Source: Promethearchaeota archaeon
Lineage (GTDB): Archaea; Asgardarchaeota; Lokiarchaeia; Sigyniarchaeales; SOKP01
Length of the DNA: 28,378 nt
Assembly: GCA_048939015.1 (NCBI GenBank)
Contig: JBHLPW010000059.1
Location: 1 to 28,378, forward strand
Direction: 5' to 3'
The notes under the pieces were generated by a model, which saw nothing but the letters and a program-made list of their open reading frames with translations, was not told the DNA's origin and did not search any database. This document shows, piece after piece, positions 16,720-25,565 of this stretch. Numbering within the stretch: position 1 is the stretch's first letter; every line of letters begins with the position of its first letter. Position numbers and translations under genes: made by a program.

Positions 16720-19191
16720 TTGAGGAAATTGAAAAATCAAACTCAAAAATCAGATAATATAAATAAGCAATTACTAAAATGTTTAGCATTATTGAAAGGA
16801 AGGGAATATAACAAGACTCTATCATTAGTAGATGATATTTTAAATGATAAGTTCGGTCAACAAGACGTAACTCAGAAATTTGGTGCTAGAATAGCAAGAT
16901 TGGTAGCATTAATGGGATTAAAACAATATGATCAGGTTAATACGGATATTAAACTTACTGAGCTGATAATAGGTCAAATGAATAATGATGATAAGGATAG
17001 TTCCATCATTAAGGAAGGTATTGCTAGGTTCTTTTCGATAAAAGGTGCTATTCAATCTACTCAAGGAGAACTTGAAGATTCAATTGAGAATTATGAACAT
17101 AGCGCAGAGATTTATGAAAATTTGAACGATAAAAAATCAAAATATGTCCAATTTGAAGCTATTGGTTGGATTAAACGAGCTCAAGGTAAATTGGATGAAG
17201 CATTGAATTATTTCCATAAAATGTTAAATCTTGCTAAAGAATTTCAAGATGAAAAGTATATCGCAAGATCTAAATTCTCAATTGCATTTGCAAATTTCTA
17301 TAAAGGGGATTTAGATCAAGCAGAAGTATATGCCAAAGAGTGTTTAGCAATTTATGAAAATTTAGACTATTTTAGAGGACTTGCAGCTATATATACAGTT
17401 TTTGGATCAATATACCGTGGAATAGGTGAATTTGATAAAAGTTTAGAATATTATCATAAAGTATTGAGTATGTTCAATGAAAAATCAGATATTCAAAAGG
17501 GAGTGACACATAGTTATTGCTATTCTCTTAGAAATATTGGATGGATTTACTATTATAAAAATGAAATAAAAAAATCAATTGAATACCTTCAAAAAGCAGT
17601 AAAAGCACATAAATCTTTATGTGAATCATATAATACTATATTAGATTACGATCTTATTGTATTTTATTTATTATTGGTTCAATCGGCTGTTGAAATTAAT
17701 GATTTGAACCAAATTGAAGACTCAATGAAAGAGCTTTCTAAATTTTCTCACAAATGGACTTGGTCTAGTATATTTAGGAAATTAGGCGAGGCTATAATAT
17801 TGAAAAATAAACGACGTGCGAAATATCGATTTCAAGGACAACAAATTTTAGAAGATATTCTTGGTGCAAAATTTGATTATCAGTTTGAATTTATGGTCCA
17901 AGTAAATCTGTGTGATTCTTTGTTAGAAGAATTGAAATATTCTGGATCAGAAGATATCCTTGTTGAAATTCAAGATTTACTTAATAGGATCTCTAGTATT
18001 GCGTATAGACAGCGATCTATTATAACATTGGTCGAATTATATTCCCTTCAAGCAAAACTTGCTTTAATTGAAGGAAATGCTGAAGTTTCAAAAAGACTAT
18101 TAACTAAAGCTCTCACAATTGCAGAAAATAAAGGATTGGAGTTGCTTTCTAAAAAATTAATACTTCAACAGAATCAAGTTTTCAATCAAATAGAGGAATG
18201 GAAAGCTTTGTTTATTCGTCATTCACAATTACAAGAGAGAATTGAGCTTTTAAATCTTAAAGAGTATGTAACAGAAGCTATAAGTGATGTCTTAGAGAAG
18301 AAATTTAAGATTGAAAAGAAATACAATATATCCTACAAAGATTTACTCAAAGAATATCCTAAAATCCAAAGAAGAGAATGTAGAGTTGGAATAGCTCAAA
18401 TAGGGCTTTCCAAAACCGGAGATATTTTAAATGAATTTTTTGAATTAAAAACTTCAGGACTATTAGGGCTTAAAGAAAATAAAAAAGAGAGTGTCAAATC
18501 AACTTTTAAAAATATGGTAGAGAAGGCTAATACTAATGGTATTAATATTCTCATCTTTCCAGAAATGACAATTGACTTGAATTATGAAATTTTTTTAAAA
18601 GAACTATTAAATTTAGCTAAAATTTATGACATGTACATAATTCCAGGCTCTTATCATGATCAAGCTACTAAACGTAATTTAAGCATAGTAATTGGCCCTG
18701 AGGGAATTCTCTGGGAACAAGAAAAGCATATACCCGCCTTAATACATTTTGGAGGAAAAAAATTTAAGGAAATGATAGATACAAGCTCCTTTCCTCGTAA
18801 TATAATCGTTTGTAATACCGAATTTGGAAGAATAACCATTCTTATATGTCGAGACTTCTTAGACATGGATCTTAGAGTAGAATTAAAAAATTTTGAACCC
18901 CCCGTAGATATCATTATTAATCCCGCATTTACACCTGTTACAGCTGATTTTAAAGCCGCACACTTTGATGCTCGGAGATCTATATATGGTTATTGTTTCT
19001 TCGCGAATGTTGCCGAATATGGTGAGTCTCATATTTATACACCAGAAAAGGATCGTACTGAAAGATTAATACCTTCGAAAGAAGAAGGTTTGATATATAA
19101 AGATATAGACTTATTTAAATTACGCTCAGAACGTAAAAAATGGGAAAAAGAACAAGCTAAGGAGAGATTATTTATACAAAGTACAAGATAA
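16720..19191 (+). CDS. TPR-repeat protein fused to C-terminal carbon-nitrogen hydrolase (nitrilase superfamily) domain
   Basis: N-terminal ~500 aa of TPRs ('GWIKRAQGKLDEALNYF', 'GSIYRGIGEFDKSLEYY'). From ~18380: 'RVGIAQ', 'IFPEMT', 'IIPGS', 'QEKHIP', 'FGRITILICRDF', 'NPAFT', 'FANVAEYGES'. Confidence 0.88.
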   Translation: MRKLKNQTQKSDNINKQLLKCLALLKGREYNKTLSLVDDILNDKFGQQDVTQKFGARIARLVALMGLKQYDQVNTDIKLTELIIGQMNNDDKDSSIIKEGIARFFSIKGAIQSTQGELEDSIENYEHSAEIYENLNDKKSKYVQFEAIGWIKRAQGKLDEALNYFHKMLNLAKEFQDEKYIARSKFSIAFANFYKGDLDQAEVYAKECLAIYENLDYFRGLAAIYTVFGSIYRGIGEFDKSLEYYHKVLSMFNEKSDIQKGVTHSYCYSLRNIGWIYYYKNEIKKSIEYLQKAVKAHKSLCESYNTILDYDLIVFYLLLVQSAVEINDLNQIEDSMKELSKFSHKWTWSSIFRKLGEAIILKNKRRAKYRFQGQQILEDILGAKFDYQFEFMVQVNLCDSLLEELKYSGSEDILVEIQDLLNRISSIAYRQRSIITLVELYSLQAKLALIEGNAEVSKRLLTKALTIAENKGLELLSKKLILQQNQVFNQIEEWKALFIRHSQLQERIELLNLKEYVTEAISDVLEKKFKIEKKYNISYKDLLKEYPKIQRRECRVGIAQIGLSKTGDILNEFFELKTSGLLGLKENKKESVKSTFKNMVEKANTNGINILIFPEMTIDLNYEIFLKELLNLAKIYDMYIIPGSYHDQATKRNLSIVIGPEGILWEQEKHIPALIHFGGKKFKEMIDTSSFPRNIIVCNTEFGRITILICRDFLDMDLRVELKNFEPPVDIIINPAFTPVTADFKAAHFDARRSIYGYCFFANVAEYGESHIYTPEKDRTERLIPSKEEGLIYKDIDLFKLRSERKKWEKEQAKERLFIQSTR

Positions 19192-19238
19192 TATAAAAGT
19201 CGCCAATTTCTTTATCAATTTATTTTATTTGTTAAATT

Positions 19239-20318
19239 TTAATTTATTTGAATAGGATAATGTCCATATTTCTCAATTGTTTTAGGAATTGCTAAGATAT
19301 TTGGAATGGGTACTCCCCATGGTAAGCTACAAACAGGACAACAAATATATCTACCCCCAGGAGCTAAGTTTAAGATGTTTTCTTTTACCTTTCTTTCAAC
19401 ATCAGAAGGTGTTCCTGTGAACAATTCTCGACTAACATCAATATTAGCTCCAATAATTACTATTTTTGGGTATCTCTTTTTAAAATCAATCCAATATTCT
19501 ATATCTAACGGATGACTACCATTAACAGCAATAAAGTCAATTTCATTAACAACTTCTGTGAAATAGGGAGAAGTTCCACAATTATGAAGCATAAAAGGAA
19601 CTTCTATTTTATTCATCATTCTCTTAATAAATTGCCCTTCATAGCGCATAGAATCTTGAAAACTCATCATATGACGATTAAATGCATAACCTGCTATAAA
19701 AACGTTAGGAGGCATACCTACAATTTCAAGCCAATTCTCATAAATATCCATTTGGGATTCATAAATTTTTTCACACAGTTTTAACAATAAATCCGGATTT
19801 CGACGAATATCTTTATAAGCTTCTAAACCACGCAATTCTTGGACAACAGACCAAATACTTAAACTGATTACTTGGGGAAATTTAATTTTTTCATTAATCA
19901 TCTTTGCAGCTTGTAAGGAATTTTTCCATAGACTATTCTTGCCATGATCTGGAATTTCCAATTTATCAATATCTTCTTCAGTTTTACAAATTTCTCCTTG
20001 TTTACACATTAGAGGTTGATAATCAAACCATTTAATAGCATCTAATTTATTATTTGCTTCCGCAAATGCTAAACCTTCACTTGGTCCCGCGTAAGCACTT
20101 GGAACATTTATAGAGTCGGTATTTAAAAACTCAAAAGTCGTTATTATAGCATTAGCATAAATTTTCGGAGAACTATATAATTCTTTTACAGTTTTACCAG
20201 TTACTCGACAAATCATTTGTTCACCAGCGAATGCTAGGTATGGAACTTTATCAACTCTTTTTGATCCTGATATTGTCCTAAATATTCTATTTACAGAAGC
20301 AACCCAATCTTTTACCAA
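19239..20318 (-). CDS. Methylcobamide-dependent methyltransferase, MtaA/CmuA (URO-D fold) family
   Basis: 'VDKVP', 'EGLAF', 'ELRG', zinc-type motif 'LHNCG', 'GANID', 'GTPSDV', C-terminal 'CCPVCSLP'. TTG start supported by an SD. Directly downstream of a corrinoid protein gene. Confidence 0.85.
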   Translation of the reverse strand: MVKDWVASVNRIFRTISGSKRVDKVPYLAFAGEQMICRVTGKTVKELYSSPKIYANAIITTFEFLNTDSINVPSAYAGPSEGLAFAEANNKLDAIKWFDYQPLMCKQGEICKTEEDIDKLEIPDHGKNSLWKNSLQAAKMINEKIKFPQVISLSIWSVVQELRGLEAYKDIRRNPDLLLKLCEKIYESQMDIYENWLEIVGMPPNVFIAGYAFNRHMMSFQDSMRYEGQFIKRMMNKIEVPFMLHNCGTSPYFTEVVNEIDFIAVNGSHPLDIEYWIDFKKRYPKIVIIGANIDVSRELFTGTPSDVERKVKENILNLAPGGRYICCPVCSLPWGVPIPNILAIPKTIEKYGHYPIQIN

Positions 20319-20328
20319 TTTATTCTTA

Positions 20329-20334
20329 CACCTC
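20329..20334 (-). promoter_or_regulatory. Shine-Dalgarno GAGGTG upstream of TTG start of methyltransferase
   Basis: CACCTC on the + strand, about 10 nt upstream of 20318 on the - strand. Confidence 0.6.
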
Positions 20335-20341
20335 TATTGAT

Positions 20342-20977
20342 TTAAATTAAATTATTTATCTTTTTAATTCCTTCCCAGCCATCTTTGGCAAAATCATCTG
20401 CTCCAATCATTTCACATGATTCTTTTGACAATATTCCACCACCAACTATTATTCTCGCCTGTAAGTTTTCATTCTTAAGCAGATTAACTGTTTCCACCAT
20501 TTTAGAGATACTCATTGTCATTAATCCACTTAATCCTATCAGAATAGGTTTTATTTCTTTTGCTTGTCGAAGAAACTCTTCTGGTGGAACATCAGATCCT
20601 AAATCAACTACATCAAAACCTTGCCCTTTTAATAGTGAGACTACTAAACTCTTACCAATATCATGGATATCACCCTCTACAGTTCCAATTAAAATAGTCC
20701 CTTTAGACTCTATTTCAGATTTTTCATGTAATAAATTCTTTAATTTTTCAGTAACGGCTGAAATAGCATCACCAGTCATTAATAAGTCAGGAAGAAAATA
20801 TTCTCCCTCTTCATATAAATTCCCTGCCTCATCAGCGCCTTTTAGAATTGCTTCATTCAAAATCTCTTTGACTTTTATTCCCTTTTTAATTAATTTATTA
20901 ACTAAATCAATTGCTTTGTTTGGATCCCCTTTCAAAATAGCGCTTTTTAATTTTTCTAACGATTCTTCTTCATTCAT
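20342..20977 (-). CDS. Cobalamin-binding corrinoid protein (MtaC/MtbC/MttC-like)
   Basis: N-terminal cap domain ('G.LYEEGEYFLPDLL'). B12 motif DxHxxG 'GTVEGDIHDIGK', 'DLGSDVP', 'GLSGLMT', 'IVGGG'. Confidence 0.95.
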   Translation of the reverse strand: MNEEESLEKLKSAILKGDPNKAIDLVNKLIKKGIKVKEILNEAILKGADEAGNLYEEGEYFLPDLLMTGDAISAVTEKLKNLLHEKSEIESKGTILIGTVEGDIHDIGKSLVVSLLKGQGFDVVDLGSDVPPEEFLRQAKEIKPILIGLSGLMTMSISKMVETVNLLKNENLQARIIVGGGILSKESCEMIGADDFAKDGWEGIKKINNLI

Positions 20978-21229
20978 AATTAATATATTATTAGTTCAAT
21001 CCATTAATTTAAAAATGTTATGTTATCTCATCTTAGGTAGCACTTCAGCAAATTAAGTTATATAGAGCTATAAATACTAGAAGTGAGTTATTATACTTGA
21101 CCTATGTGAAAGAAAGTCGAAAATACTTGAATTAAGAAAGACGCAATTTATATTATAGATTAGGACAAAATTAAAATTGAAAAAATTGTAAAATTTTAAA
21201 AATAAAAAAATAGAGAATAAAAATAAAAT

Positions 21230-23212
21230 TTAACCTACTTCTACATCCATTTTCTTGCGGTCTTCTAATAGAGCATCTACGACAGAAGGATCAGCTAAGG
21301 TGGTTACATTTCCAATGTCAGTTCCTGCTGCAATAGCCTTTAGAATTCTACGCATTATCTTACCACTTCTTGTTTTAGGTAATGCATCAGCAAATTGAAT
21401 CACATCAGGTTGAAAAACTGGTCCAATTTCATTTCTTACATGCATCCTTATCTCTTTAGACAATTTTGCTGATTTCTCTACACCTTGCATTAGAGTTACA
21501 TAAGCCCAGATTGCTTGACCTTTAATTTTATGTGGAAAAGGAGCAACAGCAGCTTCTGCTACTTGTGGATGGCTTACTAAGGCTGATTCAACTTCCATAG
21601 TGCCAATTCTATGACCCGATACTTTAATTACATCGTCTAATCTACCTAAAATCCAATAATAACCATCTTCATCACGTCTTGCACCATCTCCAGTGTAATA
21701 ATGACCGGGATATCGTTCTAGGTAAGTTGAAATAAATCTTTCAGTATTGCCCCAAACATCTCTTAACATTCCAGGCCAAGGTTGAGCCATTGCAAAATAA
21801 CCCCCTTCATTAGGTTCTGTGATTACATCCCCTTCTAAGTCAAATATTACTGGTTTAATCCCTAAGAAAGGCATACAACAAGATCCTGGTTTTGTGGGGG
21901 TTGCTGTAGCAATTGGAGTCATAATAAAGCCTCCAGTTTCTGTTTGCCAGTAAGTATCAACAATGGGGCAACGTTCTTTACCTACTATACGATGATACCA
22001 AGTCCATGCTTCAGGGTTAATAGGTTCTCCAACAGTCCCTAATACTTTTAAAGAACTAAGATCATGTTTATTTACCAATTCATTACCAAACCTCATTAGT
22101 GCACGTATTGCAGTGGGTGCTGTGTAGAAATGCGTAACTTTATGATCTTCACAGATTTGCCAAAACCTATCATTATCAGGATAAGTAGGTACACCCTCAT
22201 ACATAAGAGTAGTCGCTCCATTCGCTAATGGACCATAAACAATATAACTATGTCCGGTTATCCATCCTATATCAGCAGTACAATACCAAATATCGCTTTC
22301 ATGATAATTAAATACAACTTTATGAGTAAACGAAGTATAAAGGATATAACCTGCAGTTGTGTGTTTGACACCTTTAGGTTTCCCAGTTGTGCCACTGGTA
22401 TAAAGAATAAATAATGTGTCTTCAGAATCCATAATTTCGGGTTCACACACTTCACTCATGCCTTCAATAAATTCATGATACCAGATATCCTTATCAGTAT
22501 GAGGAACTTCATTTCCTGACCGTTTAACTACAATCACATGCTCAATAGTGGGAACATCATCAATAATTTGAACTACATCAGCCATTTTTGGATAGAACTT
22601 TCCTGCTCGTACAGTCTCATCACTAGTAAATAGTAGCCTTGAGTCTGAGTCATCAATTCTATCTTTTACTGCTTCTTTAGAAAATCCTCCAAATACAATT
22701 GAATGAATGACTCCAATTCTAGCACATGCTAACATAATTATTGCTAATTCTGGTACCATTGGGAGCCATATGGTAACTCGATCTCCTTTTTTTAAACCAA
22801 GATTTTTCATTCCATTTGCTACTTTATTAACTTCCTTTAAAAGTTCACTATATGTATAAGTCTTAGCTTGACCAGGTTCATCAGCTTCCCATATAATAGC
22901 TAATTTATCTCCTTTGCCAGCCTTCACATGTCGATCCAAGCAATTGAACGCTACATTTAGTTTTCCTCCAACAAACCATTTTCCTGGAAATAAGTCTGTT
23001 TTTTCCCATACTTTTTCATAAGGTTCTATCCATTCAAGTGTTTTTGCTTGATTTCCCCAAAATCCTTCCATATCTTCGATGGATTGTTGATATAGCTTTT
23101 TATATTCTTCTAAGGACATCCCTGTTGCCACAAAATCGGGATTTAAGTTTTTTGGATCAAAAATTCTGTTTTCTGTTAGAATACTTTCCATTTTCTTGTC
23201 TTTTTCAGACAT
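21230..23212 (-). CDS. acs: Acetyl-CoA synthetase (AMP-forming), acetate--CoA ligase
   Basis: 'NCLDRH', 'YTSGTTGKPKG', 'TADIGWITGHSYIVYGPL', 'VGEPINPEAW', 'DTYWQTETG', 'TGDG', 'GRLDDVIKVSGHR', 'LPKTRSGKIMRR'. Confidence 0.97.
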   Translation of the reverse strand: MSEKDKKMESILTENRIFDPKNLNPDFVATGMSLEEYKKLYQQSIEDMEGFWGNQAKTLEWIEPYEKVWEKTDLFPGKWFVGGKLNVAFNCLDRHVKAGKGDKLAIIWEADEPGQAKTYTYSELLKEVNKVANGMKNLGLKKGDRVTIWLPMVPELAIIMLACARIGVIHSIVFGGFSKEAVKDRIDDSDSRLLFTSDETVRAGKFYPKMADVVQIIDDVPTIEHVIVVKRSGNEVPHTDKDIWYHEFIEGMSEVCEPEIMDSEDTLFILYTSGTTGKPKGVKHTTAGYILYTSFTHKVVFNYHESDIWYCTADIGWITGHSYIVYGPLANGATTLMYEGVPTYPDNDRFWQICEDHKVTHFYTAPTAIRALMRFGNELVNKHDLSSLKVLGTVGEPINPEAWTWYHRIVGKERCPIVDTYWQTETGGFIMTPIATATPTKPGSCCMPFLGIKPVIFDLEGDVITEPNEGGYFAMAQPWPGMLRDVWGNTERFISTYLERYPGHYYTGDGARRDEDGYYWILGRLDDVIKVSGHRIGTMEVESALVSHPQVAEAAVAPFPHKIKGQAIWAYVTLMQGVEKSAKLSKEIRMHVRNEIGPVFQPDVIQFADALPKTRSGKIMRRILKAIAAGTDIGNVTTLADPSVVDALLEDRKKMDVEVG

Positions 23213-23623
23213 CTTACTTCACATTTATTAGCTTTTTTTCGCTTAAAGTTATGTTTATTTGTTAATTAACTAAATTCTATAAAAATTTTAAAGATTTCTT
23301 TCTACCCTCATCATTTTTAAAGTTTTTGGTTTAATATGAACAAGAGGGAATCAAGTGAAAATTATTTTGTATAGTTTTTAAACATTTTATTTATAGATCA
23401 ATTAAAATCAGCCACATTTCATAGGATTTGATAATCTAGAAATCTGAAACATTAATTTTTTATTAAAGAAGTAAATCCTTCAGTTGAGAATAAGTATAAT
23501 TCTTAAACCAATTTTATTTATACTTTCAAATACAATATAATATTGTTATTTTTAATTGAATATTACATGTTAAATAATATTTAACTAAAAGATGTAGAAA
23601 ATTTGAGGGAGTGGATCAATTTC

Positions 23624-25516
23624 ATGACATTTGATTGGAGGGAAAAGTGGAAAGATAAAGAAATTACAGCTCAAGAAGCAATTGATAAAATTATCCCAGG
23701 TAATAGAGTTTTTATTGATTCTGGATGTTCTGAGCCCCAATTATTAACATCAGAGTTAATTAAACACTCAGAGAAATTAATTGATACTGAAATACTTCAC
23801 TTTCTAACTATAGGCCCAGAAAAATACTTTAAGGATAAGGAAGAAGACCTATTTAGACATAATGCATTTTTCATTGGTAAGACTCTTAGAGAAGAAATTA
23901 ATAGAGGTCAAGCAGATTATACACCGATTTTTACTAGTGAAATTCCCTCTTTATTTCTAACAGGTAGAAAACATATTGATGTTGCTCTTATCCAAGCTAC
24001 TCCACCTGATCCTTATGGTTTTTGCTCTCTAGGTATTAATGTAGACATTGCCAAACCAATTGCTCAATCATCATATATGACTATTGTTGAAATTAACCCA
24101 CAAATGCCAAGAACTTTAGGAAATAGTTTTATACATATGAAAGAAATTGATTATTTTGTTTATAATGATACTTCTTTACTAGAATTTATTTTTGAAAAGC
24201 CTGATGAAATTGCTAAAAGGATTGGTAAAAATCTAGTAAATTTAATAGAAGACAAATCTACTATCCATGTAGGTTTTGGTGATTTGCCAAATGCAGTATT
24301 ACCATTTCTGACAGAAAAGAAGGATCTTGGAATGCATTCTCATTATATTACTGACAATATAATACCTCTTATTGAAGAAGGAATTTTAACATGTAGAAAA
24401 AAAAATTTTCATCCTGAAAAAATTATAACTAGTTTTGCTCTAGGAACTAAAAAATTGTATGATTTTGTACATAATAATCCTTATATTGAATTTTACCCCT
24501 CAGATTATGTCTGTAATCCTAGATATATTGGTATGAATAAAAAGATGGTTTCTATAAACTCAGCAAGACAGATTGACTTAACTGGACAGATAAATGCTGC
24601 AACAGAGGGATATAGATTTTATTCTGGATTAGGTGAAACAATAGATTTTATGAGAGGTGCTGCTTTTTCTAAAGGAGGTAAACCAATTATAATTATTCCA
24701 TCAACATCAAGAGATGGAAAAAAATCACGAATAGTTGCTCATTTGGATGAAGGTGCGGGGATAATGTTGTCGCGTGGAGATGTTCATTATGTAGTAACTG
24801 AATGGGGAGTTGCTTATCTCCATGGTAAATCAATTAGAGAAAGAGTACTTGAATTAATTTGCATAGCTCATCCAAATTTTCGTCAATCATTATTAGATGA
24901 AGCAAAAAAACTTAATTACATTTATTCTGATCAACTACTTGCGTGTGATGCAAAAGGGAATATTTGCATATATCCGACTCAATATGAAACTATTTATTCC
25001 ATATCAAATAAAGAAAAAGTAAGAATTCGCCCTGTAAAAACTACTGATGAACCATTACTAAGAGATTTATATTATTCATTAAGTGAAAGAGATAGATATT
25101 TAAGATTTTTTGAATTAAAAAAAGAATTTACTCATTCTAAAACTCAATTTGAAGTGAATATAGATTACAACGATATCTTTTCTATTGGCGCATTTATAGG
25201 CGAAATTGGAAAAGAAGAGATGATAGGAAATGCGACTTATTATTTAAATCCCAAAATAAATATGGGAGAGTATAGTTTCCTCGTTAGAGATGATTATAGA
25301 GGAAAGGGCATTGGTGGATTTCTTTATCAACATATTGTTATTATTGCAAAAGAGAGGGGTTTAAAAGGGCTCTATGGAAATATTCACATTCAAAATAAAA
25401 GTGCTGTTCGTATTATTAAAACCGGGGGATATACAAAAATTACCCCGCCTTCATCACTTGAAGAAAAAGAATTATTTTATGAAGTTTTTTTTGATAAAGA
25501 AGACTCCATGGAATAA
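23624..25516 (+). CDS. Acetyl-CoA hydrolase/4-hydroxybutyrate CoA-transferase-like domain fused to C-terminal Pat-like GNAT acetyltransferase
   Basis: 'GRKHIDVALIQATPPD..G.CSLG', 'EINPQMPRT.G', 'SINSA..IDLTGQ', 'DFMRGA..SKGGK', 'DVHYVVTEWG.A.L.GKS..ER...LI.IAHP.FR'. GNAT: 'IRPV...DE', 'SLS...RYLRFF', 'VRDDYRGKGIG'. ATG 23624 preceded by GAGGGAGTGG (ORF track TTG 23603). Confidence 0.9.
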   Translation: MTFDWREKWKDKEITAQEAIDKIIPGNRVFIDSGCSEPQLLTSELIKHSEKLIDTEILHFLTIGPEKYFKDKEEDLFRHNAFFIGKTLREEINRGQADYTPIFTSEIPSLFLTGRKHIDVALIQATPPDPYGFCSLGINVDIAKPIAQSSYMTIVEINPQMPRTLGNSFIHMKEIDYFVYNDTSLLEFIFEKPDEIAKRIGKNLVNLIEDKSTIHVGFGDLPNAVLPFLTEKKDLGMHSHYITDNIIPLIEEGILTCRKKNFHPEKIITSFALGTKKLYDFVHNNPYIEFYPSDYVCNPRYIGMNKKMVSINSARQIDLTGQINAATEGYRFYSGLGETIDFMRGAAFSKGGKPIIIIPSTSRDGKKSRIVAHLDEGAGIMLSRGDVHYVVTEWGVAYLHGKSIRERVLELICIAHPNFRQSLLDEAKKLNYIYSDQLLACDAKGNICIYPTQYETIYSISNKEKVRIRPVKTTDEPLLRDLYYSLSERDRYLRFFELKKEFTHSKTQFEVNIDYNDIFSIGAFIGEIGKEEMIGNATYYLNPKINMGEYSFLVRDDYRGKGIGGFLYQHIVIIAKERGLKGLYGNIHIQNKSAVRIIKTGGYTKITPPSSLEEKELFYEVFFDKEDSME

Positions 25517-25565
25517 ATATTCAAAATTTTTATTTCTCTTCCTTAATTTATAATTGTGTTTACTA

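Noticed and set aside
20385-21056. 223-aa + strand ORF antisense to the corrinoid protein
   Set aside because: Shadow ORF of a well-supported gene. Ser/Phe/Ile-rich composition typical of reverse-complement frames, with no motifs.
19239-21229. Possible pyrrolysine-containing methylamine methyltransferase near the corrinoid gene
   Set aside because: No split MttB/MtbB/MtmB-like ORF and no room for one. Both methyl-module genes end in TAA.
7585-23265. Other short overlapping ORFs (7585-7857, 8444-8683, 9404-9679, 11834-12103, 12128-12322, 12809-13051, 15616-15858, 18660-18914, 19306-19515, 19512-19784, 22267-22455, 23038-23265)
   Set aside because: All overlap stronger genes, on the opposite strand or in an alternative frame, and lack motifs or ribosome-binding sites.
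23417-23449. Imperfect inverted repeat TTTCA-tag-GATTT...AAATC-TGAAA in the acs/GNAT divergent intergenic region
   Set aside because: Short, AT-rich and bulged. Cannot be distinguished from chance without comparative data.
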